From Pseudomonadota bacterium (lineage in GTDB: Bacteria; Desulfobacterota; Desulfobulbia; Desulfobulbales; SURF-16): 64,000 bases of DNA. Of this stretch, positions 9,339-17,470 are shown piece by piece. Within the stretch, counting starts at the first letter, position 1; each line of letters begins with the position of its first letter. Both the position numbers and the translations under genes were made by a program. The notes beneath the pieces were generated by a model that ran no database searches, had not been told where the DNA came from, and saw only the letters and a program-made list of their open reading frames with translations. The stretch is taken from the NCBI GenBank assembly GCA_018897105.1, contig JAHILF010000106.1:56357-120356 (forward strand). The letters are read 5' to 3'.

Positions 9339-10193
9339 TCAACTGTCCGCGCCGATGATCACAATCCTGTCGCGCCCATCATTTTTTGCCTGATAGAGTG
9401 CCTTATCGGCATTTTTGATCAGGGTGTGCTGGTCAGCAGCTGTTGTCTGGCCATGGCTGAATCCTGCCACCCCTATACTCACGGTGATTTTTATGGCAGG
9501 ATGGCAGGATTCTTCATCCTGGGTGGCCATTTCCGCGATGGCAATTTTGTGGCGTAAACGCTCAGCCAGCACAGCCGCGTGCGATGCGGTGGTGTTCGGC
9601 ATGATGATAAGTATCTCTTCCCCGCCGTATCGCGCCACAATGTCAATATCCCGCACGGTTGATAAGATCAACTGGGCGAGGTTCTTTAACACAAGGTCCC
9701 CCGTCTGGTGCCCGCAGGTGTCATTAACAGTTTTAAAGCGGTCAATATCCAGCAGCAGGATGGCTAGGGGCAGATTATATCTTTGCGACCGCAGAAACTC
9801 TTCCTTGAGGCGACGATCCAGATAACGGCGGTTAAAAATACCCATCAGGGAGTCGGAGATGTTTTCCTGCTCCAGGATATTGATCCGCTGCAGATCAATG
9901 ACTGTTTTAAAAGACAGAAAGCAGACCAGCAGTACAAAAACGGCGCCCCCCAGAAACACTCCCGGCACGAGAAGCTCGGAAAGGGAGCTGCAGTTCCTCC
10001 AATTGACAAATGCGTAAGTAATGTAACCGGCGATAAAAAAGAGGATCAGCAAGGTCAGGACATTCCACAGTGAGCGGGCGGACCCCGGGGGAAGCTCCTT
10101 GGTCAGTTTCCAGACCGGGAAGAGGGCGATGGCCAGAATGGCGGTCCCCGAGAACAGCAGTCCGCTCATGAGGTAAAATGTGACATTATCCAT
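9339..10193 (-). CDS. Membrane-bound diguanylate cyclase (GGDEF domain)
   Basis: The N-terminus has about 4 TM helices. The GGDEF domain has RYGGEEILIIM (GGEEF active-site variant) and DIDRFKTVNDTCGHQTGD. Confidence 0.9.
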   Translation of the reverse strand: MDNVTFYLMSGLLFSGTAILAIALFPVWKLTKELPPGSARSLWNVLTLLILFFIAGYITYAFVNWRNCSSLSELLVPGVFLGGAVFVLLVCFLSFKTVIDLQRINILEQENISDSLMGIFNRRYLDRRLKEEFLRSQRYNLPLAILLLDIDRFKTVNDTCGHQTGDLVLKNLAQLILSTVRDIDIVARYGGEEILIIMPNTTASHAAVLAERLRHKIAIAEMATQDEESCHPAIKITVSIGVAGFSHGQTTAADQHTLIKNADKALYQAKNDGRDRIVIIGADS

Positions 10194-10898
10194 TGATCCG
10201 CAGCAATTAATAATTGAGATTTATTTGTGCAGAGCAGTCGCGGTTATCCGGCTGTTACGAGCTTATTAAGGGGGAGGCTTTCCGTTTTTTTGTAAGTTAT
10301 CAATCCGGCAGATCTCCCCGTGGCCCTGTTAGATTTGGTGGTGCAGGAGGTTCACTGTGTCCGCTTCGATCACGTGACGAATGGCTTTTTGCCATTGTAG
10401 CATGGTGCCCGGAAATTATTTTAAAATTTAAGCAAGTAAGCGGAAATGGCAGCAGATTGGCATTTTTTTTGGGTACTCACCTGGCGGCTAAACAAATTAA
10501 CCGCCATTGCCGGCAATTGCCAGATTTTTAATGCGCACCGATTATTTTTTTTAAATGGAGGCTCAGCCATTATTTACAGGCAGGCTTGGGGTGGATAAAT
10601 GAAAATTCAATGAGCGGATGAAGGGGGTACTATGTTGAAATATAACGGTGAAACGGCTCAGTTATTGTAATTTCCTATCAATTCTAATTAGTTAATTATA
10701 TTTGTTGATAATGAATTTTGAAAAATTATATACTGAAAATTAAAATGAATAGAATGCGCTGGCAGCGCTTTTTGGTCAATGTTCCCTGGTTTGCTGATTC
10801 CACGGATTACAAAAAATGATGGGGTTGGCGGTTATTTTCTGGCATTCGGGCTCTGGGTTTAAAGGGACGGATCACACCTACAATGGAGATATTTCATT

Positions 10899-12566
10899 AT
10901 GAATAACATGTCGCTCAGGTTGAAAATTTCGTGCATTATGATTCTCATCGGAGTTGTGACGGCCTTCTTCTTCGCTGTTTTCATGTACCAGCGCAACATC
11001 AATCAAGCGCATGATGATGCCCGGGTTAACGCCGATAATCTGCTGGCAAGAACCGTGGAGATGTTCATGGTGTCCACCACCAGATTTCATGAAGACTTTC
11101 AGCGGACCCAAGGCAATCCTGAAGAAAGGCAAAAGATCCTGGAGGACTGGAACCGGACGATTTTTGCCGTTGATCAGGCTGTTATTCATGACCATGGAGC
11201 GGATAAGCCGCGGGTGCGATTGATTGGCGATAAACAGCTTTTTCAATACGTCCCTCTGGGCGGCGACAACACGAAAATACAGATACCCTTTGAAACGGAA
11301 GCGGGCAGAACCCTGATGAAGGGCGACAGCAAAGTCGAAAAGATAGAGAACGGTTTTCTGCGAGTGGCCATTCCCCTGTGGAGTGACGTGTTTATCGGGT
11401 GTGCCGAATGTCATATTTCCGCGGTTGAAAATGACCAGGCCGATATGAACCGGCATATCCTGCTGGGGACCTTGAACGCCTATGTTCCACTGCAGCAGAT
11501 GGTGGACCAGGCAAAAATTGATTCGGCAGTCAACATTTCGCTGTTTTTGGTTGCGGTATGTATGCTGATCGGCATTGTCTATCTGTTTGTCAGTCGCTCC
11601 GTAGTGAAGCCGGTCGTTGTTGAAATCAACAGCCTCGACGCCAGTGCTGAGCAAGTAAGCTCTTCTTCCAGGCAATTAAATGCAGCCAGCCTTGCCCTGG
11701 CTGAGGGTGCTTCGGAACAGGCGGCATCCATCGAGGAGACATCCGCATCCCTGGAAGAATTGTCCTCCATGACCAGGCGGAATGCGGATAATGCCCACCA
11801 GGCTGACAGTTTAACCCGGGAAGCAAATCAACTGGTGGACAAGGCCAATGATTCCATGGGGAAACTGAGTGATTCCATGGAGGAAATTTCCAAAGCCAGC
11901 GCTGAAACATCTAAAATCATTAAAACCATTGACGAGATAGCGTTCCAGACAAACCTGCTGGCTCTCAACGCAGCGGTGGAGGCTGCCCGGGCCGGGGAGG
12001 CCGGTGCGGGGTTTGCCGTGGTTGCCGACGAGGTGCGCAATCTCGCCCTGCGAGCCGCCAATGCAGCAAGGGATACAGCAGGACTTATCGAGGCGACGGT
12101 AAGTAAGGTGAAAGGCGGAAAAGAGCTGGTCGGAGAAACAAACAGCTCTTTTACCCAGGTATCCACCAGTGTCGGCAAGGTCAGCCAGCTCGTGGCTGAA
12201 ATTGCTTCCGCCTCAGGTGAGCAGGCGAAAGGTATTGATCAGATCAGCTGCGCCGTGACGGAGATGGACAAGGTTATCCAGCAGAATGCGGCAAATGCGG
12301 AGCAATGCGCTGCGACTTCGGAACATATGGAAATGCAGTCCGGCAAGATGAAGGGTGTGGTGCGGCGTTTAATGGGCTTAATCACGGGGGGCAACAGGGG
12401 CAGGGACACGGTTGCCGCGGCCCCTGGACCAAAATTTGTCCCGAAACAATCTGTTGCCCCCCCAGCCCAGGTTACCCAAAAACGGGGAAAGAGCATGTCT
12501 GCCCCCCCCAAACTGGAATTAAAGAAAGATACTTTTGAAAAAGACACTGATTTTGAGGATTTTTAG
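10899..12566 (+). CDS. Methyl-accepting chemotaxis protein with a periplasmic CxxCH (c-type haem) sensor domain
   Basis: Two TM helices flank a roughly 180-aa periplasmic domain containing CAECH (11400-11414). The cytoplasmic part has the MCP signalling hairpin [40 protein letters not shown]. Confidence 0.9.
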   Translation: MNNMSLRLKISCIMILIGVVTAFFFAVFMYQRNINQAHDDARVNADNLLARTVEMFMVSTTRFHEDFQRTQGNPEERQKILEDWNRTIFAVDQAVIHDHGADKPRVRLIGDKQLFQYVPLGGDNTKIQIPFETEAGRTLMKGDSKVEKIENGFLRVAIPLWSDVFIGCAECHISAVENDQADMNRHILLGTLNAYVPLQQMVDQAKIDSAVNISLFLVAVCMLIGIVYLFVSRSVVKPVVVEINSLDASAEQVSSSSRQLNAASLALAEGASEQAASIEETSASLEELSSMTRRNADNAHQADSLTREANQLVDKANDSMGKLSDSMEEISKASAETSKIIKTIDEIAFQTNLLALNAAVEAARAGEAGAGFAVVADEVRNLALRAANAARDTAGLIEATVSKVKGGKELVGETNSSFTQVSTSVGKVSQLVAEIASASGEQAKGIDQISCAVTEMDKVIQQNAANAEQCAATSEHMEMQSGKMKGVVRRLMGLITGGNRGRDTVAAAPGPKFVPKQSVAPPAQVTQKRGKSMSAPPKLELKKDTFEKDTDFEDF

Positions 12567-12578
12567 CAAAGCGAAACC

Positions 12579-12614
12579 CGGCAGTCGGTGACGGCTACCC
12601 ATCACCGACTGCCG
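12579..12614. terminator. Strong hairpin between convergent genes (13-bp perfect stem)
   Basis: CGGCAGTCGGTGA (12579-12591) pairs with TCACCGACTGCCG (12602-12614) around a 10-nt loop. It sits between the MCP stop and the radical SAM stop. There is no clear U-run, so its terminator function is inferred. Confidence 0.55.
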
Positions 12615-12683
12615 CAGCATCTCAAGCAGGGGGAACTCTCTCTTGCTCACCGGCATGGAGCCAGAGCATCCATCCGTCCGTTT

Positions 12684-15023
12684 CTACATGTAGCTGATCT
12701 GCCGATCAAGCAGGTCATCCATTCTCGCCAAATAGATTTCCAGGGGCTGCTGCCTGAGTGAGGCAAGACCTACCCGCAGATCCAGTGCCTGTATATCATG
12801 GGAGAGTGAGGGCGAGCCGACAATTTTTTCCGCCTCGTCATAGCGTTTCATCTTGATCAGGGCCTTGGCGCAATTGGTGGCCGCTTCCGTACTGCTGTCG
12901 GCAATGGTGCTGAGGATCTCATATGCCTTTTCAGGCCAGCTGTCGGCCAGCAGTATCCGGCCCGCATGTTCAAGGGTTGATCCGTTCCGGGGCAAAAGGT
13001 CAAGCAGGGGTTCCGCCTGTTGCCGGAAGCCGAGTCTCAGGTAGAAATTAATCAGGCTGAGGTAGTCGGTCATCTCCTGCATGAGTTTTTGCGGCAGGGA
13101 GTCCTTCAACACCATGTAATACAGGGTTTCATTCTGTTTACGCAGCCCTTCCAGATCATTGAAGCGGTAAATATTCTTCGGCGGGTTATCCAGAAAGCCA
13201 GCCATATTTTCAATGATGACAGGTTCCATCACCTGATGGAGAAAGACCTGGAACATGACGGTCCGACCGGCGAGTTCCCTGTGGCCGTAATCAGCAGGGA
13301 ACCTGACCGGGTACTGGCTCACCCGACCCGCCTTCATGCCCAGCAGCCCGGCCTCGAAATCGGGAAGAAGCCTGCCGCTGCCCAGCTTGGCGTCCTGGTA
13401 GTAGGCCTCGGTGACAGGCACAACCTGACCGTTCAGGATGCCCTTGCAGTCGTAAATTACCCTGCAGCCGGGGGCGGCGATGCCGCGGCGTTTGAAGCGA
13501 AAGCCGGTAAAAGGCCCGGCCAGGAAGTGGTTGACATGCGGATCATGGGGGAATTTTTCCTTGAGCCGGACCATGCACTGACGTGCGGCTTGAAATTCCT
13601 CCAGATACAGATAAATCCGCGCCAGCATGAGCAGGGCCTCGGACCGGCAGGATAGCGCCTCGAAGTTTGCGGTGATGAAGCCCGCCACCTCAAAAAGGTT
13701 GGTGCCTGTGGCAATGTTTTCCTGGAAATCCTGGCGATTCAGGCGCCACAGCATGCTCATCCAGCGGATCTCATCCTCGCTCATGGCGTCGGTGGCGAAA
13801 TCGCGGCATATGCTCTGATAGGCTGGTTTGGTGACGGCCAGCGGCTTGATGCCATGGGCCTCAGGGTCGTCAAGAATGGGGATGCCGAAGAAGAGATGCA
13901 GCTGCTGGGAAATGGAATTGCCGCTGACGCTTACCTTGTTGGCCTTGACAAAATCCAGGGTTTTCTGGGCATGGGAGAACGATTCCCCGGGCAGGCCGAA
14001 GAGGGTGAAGAGCTCGACATTGATGCCGGCTTGCTGGACTTCTCCGATGACTTTGGCGAGTTTTGCCGGATTGAGTCCCTTATTGATTTTGCCCAGCACC
14101 TCGTGGTCCGCTGACTCAAGTCCGAAGGCAACGGTATGCGCCCCTGCTTTTTTCAGTAGATCGAGAAGCTCGTCATCAATGAGATTGTATCTGGTCTGGC
14201 ACCAGAAGGTGATGTGCGGGCATTCGGCAATGATTCTCTGCAGAAGCTCAACGAGCCGCGTGCGGGAAAAGGCGAAGTTGGGATCGGCAAACCAGAAGTC
14301 GCTAATGCCCCTGGCCTGCAGATGTTTGATTTCGGCAATGACCCGGTCAATGGAATGAAACCGCACCTTTTTATTGCTGGCCCGGGTGGTGTAACAGAAG
14401 GTGCAGGGTGATGTGCAGCCACGCGAGGTGAAGAGAGTAACGCGGCTCTTGGCGGCAGTGTCAATGATCCCTTCCAGGTAGGGGGAGGGCAGGAGGTCAA
14501 GATCTTCCGTAACGTCCGCACGAGGAGTGTCAACCGCCTTTCCCTGTTCCAGATAGCAGATGCCCGGTACCTCGGCAAGGGACCTGCCCGTGTCCAGCAC
14601 CCGGCCAAGGGCGGGCAGGACGCTTTCTCCTTCCCCCCGGCAGAGGATGTCCACGTCCTTCATCTGTACCAGGGCCTCGCCGGGCATAAAGGTGATCTGG
14701 GGGCCGCCCAGGATTATCAGGATTTCGGGCCGGAGCTGTTTGGCATGACGAGCCCAGACCAGCACCCTGTTGATATTCTCGTCGTAAACCGAAAAACCGA
14801 GCACATCGGGTTTTTCTGATGCAAGTGTGTGGCGGAAGAGTTTCGGCGGCAGAGGGGTACCCTTGTAATCGCCGAGAATGGTGCCGTTGTAGCCGTATTT
14901 TCTGAGAGTGGCCAGGGCGTATGCCTGGGAGATGGGAATGGTGTCCGGGGAGTCGATGGTGGCCCATTCATTGACATGTATGAAAAGAAAATTTGTCCTG
15001 CCTGTCTGCCTGTTTCGATTCAT
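12684..15023 (-). CDS. B12-binding (class B) radical SAM protein fused to TPR-like and FKBP-type PPIase-like regions
   Basis: The N-terminal region is cobalamin-binding-like. CTSPCTFC (Cx3Cx2C) lies at 14394-14417. An FKBP-like segment at about 13224-13481 reads GCRVIYDCKGILNGQVVP...LGSGRLLPDFEAGLLGMKAGR...FPADYG...VMFQVFLHQV. Helical repeats flank it. Confidence 0.85.
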   Translation of the reverse strand: MNRNRQTGRTNFLFIHVNEWATIDSPDTIPISQAYALATLRKYGYNGTILGDYKGTPLPPKLFRHTLASEKPDVLGFSVYDENINRVLVWARHAKQLRPEILIILGGPQITFMPGEALVQMKDVDILCRGEGESVLPALGRVLDTGRSLAEVPGICYLEQGKAVDTPRADVTEDLDLLPSPYLEGIIDTAAKSRVTLFTSRGCTSPCTFCYTTRASNKKVRFHSIDRVIAEIKHLQARGISDFWFADPNFAFSRTRLVELLQRIIAECPHITFWCQTRYNLIDDELLDLLKKAGAHTVAFGLESADHEVLGKINKGLNPAKLAKVIGEVQQAGINVELFTLFGLPGESFSHAQKTLDFVKANKVSVSGNSISQQLHLFFGIPILDDPEAHGIKPLAVTKPAYQSICRDFATDAMSEDEIRWMSMLWRLNRQDFQENIATGTNLFEVAGFITANFEALSCRSEALLMLARIYLYLEEFQAARQCMVRLKEKFPHDPHVNHFLAGPFTGFRFKRRGIAAPGCRVIYDCKGILNGQVVPVTEAYYQDAKLGSGRLLPDFEAGLLGMKAGRVSQYPVRFPADYGHRELAGRTVMFQVFLHQVMEPVIIENMAGFLDNPPKNIYRFNDLEGLRKQNETLYYMVLKDSLPQKLMQEMTDYLSLINFYLRLGFRQQAEPLLDLLPRNGSTLEHAGRILLADSWPEKAYEILSTIADSSTEAATNCAKALIKMKRYDEAEKIVGSPSLSHDIQALDLRVGLASLRQQPLEIYLARMDDLLDRQISYM

Positions 15024-15534
15024 GACCGTTTTGCTCCTGCTTCATGATGCCTCGATGTGTCGAGTTATTTTTTTTGTGAGGTTGTTTTTCCTTTCGCCCT
15101 GATGAGCAGTATGCTGAGCCGTGCAGTCAGTTGGTAAATTGCTAGAAGAGAGCCATGTGTCACTCCGTGGGAAAAGCGCAGGGAAAGGGTCATGACTCAA
15201 AATTAGTCAGTACCTTATCGCACGAAATTTCAATTGTCAATCGATCCTGTGCATTTAATGCCGTGAAGAGGTTGCCTGCCAAGTTGGTTGTTAGGATGAT
15301 TGATAGATATCAGTCTGAAATTGCATTGTTATTGGAGATCCTCCTTCATGCAGGGCGTTGCAAGCCGGATAGAGTAGTGTATAAAAATAGAGCATGAGCA
15401 AAAAGCACGGAGTCTTGCAGAGTTTTTCGTTTTCCCCTCATTGTCTGGTTGACAAAAACGGTATTTATAGATAAATCAGATTGTGATTTAGGTATTGATA
15501 CCTATCGGTTTGAAAATTTTCTTTTTCTCCGTAT

Positions 15535-16506
15535 ATGACAAAATACAGACCTCTGACCATAATCAGTCATCAGCATTACCTGGAGCATGATACAGGAGGC
15601 CGAGACCATCCGGAATGCCCTGATCGTCTGCGTCTTATAGACAAGCAGCTCAAGGCAAGCCCTCTTTTCCCTTACATCACTGAAAAAATCGCCCTGAAAG
15701 CATCGCGGGAGGATATCCTTGTCTATCATGCGGAGTCCTATCTTTTCCGCCTGGAAGAAACGGCGCTGAAAGGGCAGACCTATATTGACCACCAGGACAA
15801 TCAGATCTGTTTTGAATCCTATGAGGCGATTCTGTTATCGGCCGGGGGCTGTCTGACCGGCATCGATCTGCTGGAAGAAGAGGCCAGCGACCTGGTTTTC
15901 TGTTGCATCCGACCTCCGGGTCACCATGCGGAACGGGCCATGGCCCTCGGTTTCTGTTTTGTCAATAATGCGGTTGTTGCCGCGCGTTACTGGCAGAGGC
16001 GTTACGGCCGGCAGAAAATTGCCGTCATCGACTGGGACGCCCATCACGGCAACGGCATCCAGGATGCCTTTGAAGAGGACCCTGATGTTTTTTACATCAG
16101 CATCCATGAGCATCCCACCTTCAGTTTTCCGGGTACAGGCTATGCCGAGGAAAAAGGACTGGGTCCAGGGGGCGGCACCACCCTCAATATTCCCCTGCCT
16201 CCCGGGGCCGACGACAGCATGTTTCTACGCGCCATGAGTAAATTCGTGGAGCCCGCCCTGGATTTGTTCCGGCCGGAGAGGATTATCGTTTCCGCCGGCT
16301 TTGACGCGCATGTGCTTGATGACATGTCAGGGCTATCCTACAGTACGGAACTTTACGGCGTGATCGGCGAGAGGATGGCGGCCTTGGCCGACAGGTATTG
16401 CCAGGGGAAAATTCTGTCGATACTTGAAGGCGGTTATCACCTTGAAGCCCTGGCCGCCAGCGTTGAACGTTATCTCCTTGGCCTGGCCAAGTATAAGCCG
16501 TTGTAA
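15535..16506 (+). CDS. Histone deacetylase family protein (AcuC/class II HDAC-like)
   Basis: RPPGHHAERAMALGFCFVNN, DWDAHHGNGIQ and EGGY motifs of Zn-dependent deacetylases are present. Confidence 0.9.
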   Translation: MTKYRPLTIISHQHYLEHDTGGRDHPECPDRLRLIDKQLKASPLFPYITEKIALKASREDILVYHAESYLFRLEETALKGQTYIDHQDNQICFESYEAILLSAGGCLTGIDLLEEEASDLVFCCIRPPGHHAERAMALGFCFVNNAVVAARYWQRRYGRQKIAVIDWDAHHGNGIQDAFEEDPDVFYISIHEHPTFSFPGTGYAEEKGLGPGGGTTLNIPLPPGADDSMFLRAMSKFVEPALDLFRPERIIVSAGFDAHVLDDMSGLSYSTELYGVIGERMAALADRYCQGKILSILEGGYHLEALAASVERYLLGLAKYKPL

Positions 16507-16537
16507 AAAGAATAACTGTAACATCGCCATACTGTGA

Positions 16538-16600
16538 ACGGCATAACAGGCCGTAACGAAATGGTTAGAGATGTAATGGTTTTTCAGCAACGGCCCCTAG
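16538..16600 (+). repeat. 63-nt hairpin repeat, copy A (degenerate)
   Basis: ACGGCATAACAGGCCGTAACGAAA...TTTTCAGCAACGGCCCCTAG has the same length and ends as copies B and C. Confidence 0.6.
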
Positions 16601-16640
16601 CCGATATAAAAAAAATAATATCGTCGTCCGGATGTCAGAG

Positions 16641-16703
16641 ACGGCATAAGGGGCCGTACCGAAATGCTCAAAAATGAAGAGATTATTTCGTAACGGCCCC
16701 TAA
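16641..16703 (+). repeat. 63-nt hairpin repeat, copy B
   Basis: ACGGCATAAGGGGCCGTACCGAAA...TTTCGTAACGGCCCCTAA. The arms AGGGGCCGT and ACGGCCCCT are complementary (9 bp), plus CGAAA/TTTCG. Confidence 0.65.
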
Positions 16704-16718
16704 ATAAAGGAGTAGAGA

Positions 16719-17396
16719 ATGTATATAGCACGTCATATGACCTCACCGGCTCTGACGGTGTCACCGGACACGCTGTTGCCGGATGTCCGTGAAATAATGA
16801 ATACCCGTAAGTTCAGGCACCTGCCGGTGGTGGATGAAGAGCAGCGCCTGATCGGCATGATCACCGACCGGGATCTGCGTTCCGCCTACCCCTCCTCTCT
16901 GCTGCCCGAGGACAAAAGGCTCTCGATTTTGGAGAATGTGGCCAAGACCGAAGTCAGGTCTATCATGACCCAGAAGCTCATTGCCATTACCCCGCTTTCC
17001 ACTCTGGATGATGCCCTCTATTTTCTGTCCAAGGAAAAAATAGGCATGCTGCCGGTGGTTGATGATGAGCAGCATGTTATCGGTGTCTTTTCCGTCCAGG
17101 ATCTGATGAAAGCCTACAAGAAGCTCTATGGCATCGGCGAGCGCGGTTCAGCCCTGATTGCCGTGGAAGATGACGGCAATCCGAAACCCTTGACCAGAAT
17201 CGTCCGGGTCCTGGAAGAACGGGAAATCCGTTTCTCGCGGCTGACCAGGGTCCATGGCGAGGAGGGGGAAAAGAAGATCATCTATCTGCGGGTGCATACC
17301 TTCAATATCGGTGCTGTGCATAAGGCGCTGAAAGAGATCGGCATGACCGTAAGGGTTCCCGATCTGCAGGATTTTTTGCCCAAGCCCCATGTCTGA
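16719..17396 (+). CDS. CBS-pair protein with a C-terminal ACT-like domain (AcuB-like)
   Basis: Two CBS motifs are present (HLPVVDEEQRLIGMITDRDL and MLPVVDDEQHVIGVFSVQDL). A regulatory-type C-terminal domain of about 80 aa follows. An AAGGAG RBS is present. Confidence 0.85.
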   Translation: MYIARHMTSPALTVSPDTLLPDVREIMNTRKFRHLPVVDEEQRLIGMITDRDLRSAYPSSLLPEDKRLSILENVAKTEVRSIMTQKLIAITPLSTLDDALYFLSKEKIGMLPVVDDEQHVIGVFSVQDLMKAYKKLYGIGERGSALIAVEDDGNPKPLTRIVRVLEEREIRFSRLTRVHGEEGEKKIIYLRVHTFNIGAVHKALKEIGMTVRVPDLQDFLPKPHV

Positions 17397-17470
17397 TCCG
17401 GCTGTTCTGATATTTTCGATCCTTTGCCGGCAATTGCTGCGGCAACCTTTGGAATAAAGGTGATCACATC

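Noticed and set aside
10458-10474. A sigma54-like element, TGGCAT-N5-TTGG, was noticed.
   Set aside because: The -12 element is TTGG, not TTGC, and lies within a T8 run. It is 425 nt from the nearest start codon and no enhancer-binding-protein gene is adjacent. This is too weak to call.
10214-10531. A 105-aa ORF lies in the 700-bp spacer upstream of the chemoreceptor gene.
   Set aside because: It has no RBS and an Arg/Gly/Cys-rich, improbable composition. It overlaps hairpin-forming spacer sequence and is treated as non-coding.
15155-15397. An 80-aa ORF lies in the divergent spacer between the radical SAM and HDAC genes. It was examined as a possible precursor peptide for the radical SAM enzyme.
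   Set aside because: It is on the opposite strand to the radical SAM gene, has no RBS and has no leader or core-like features.
16538-16703. The two tandem 63-nt repeats were considered as a mini CRISPR array.
   Set aside because: There are only two adjacent copies. Each unit is itself a long hairpin with a variable centre rather than a repeat-spacer alternation, and no cas genes are present.
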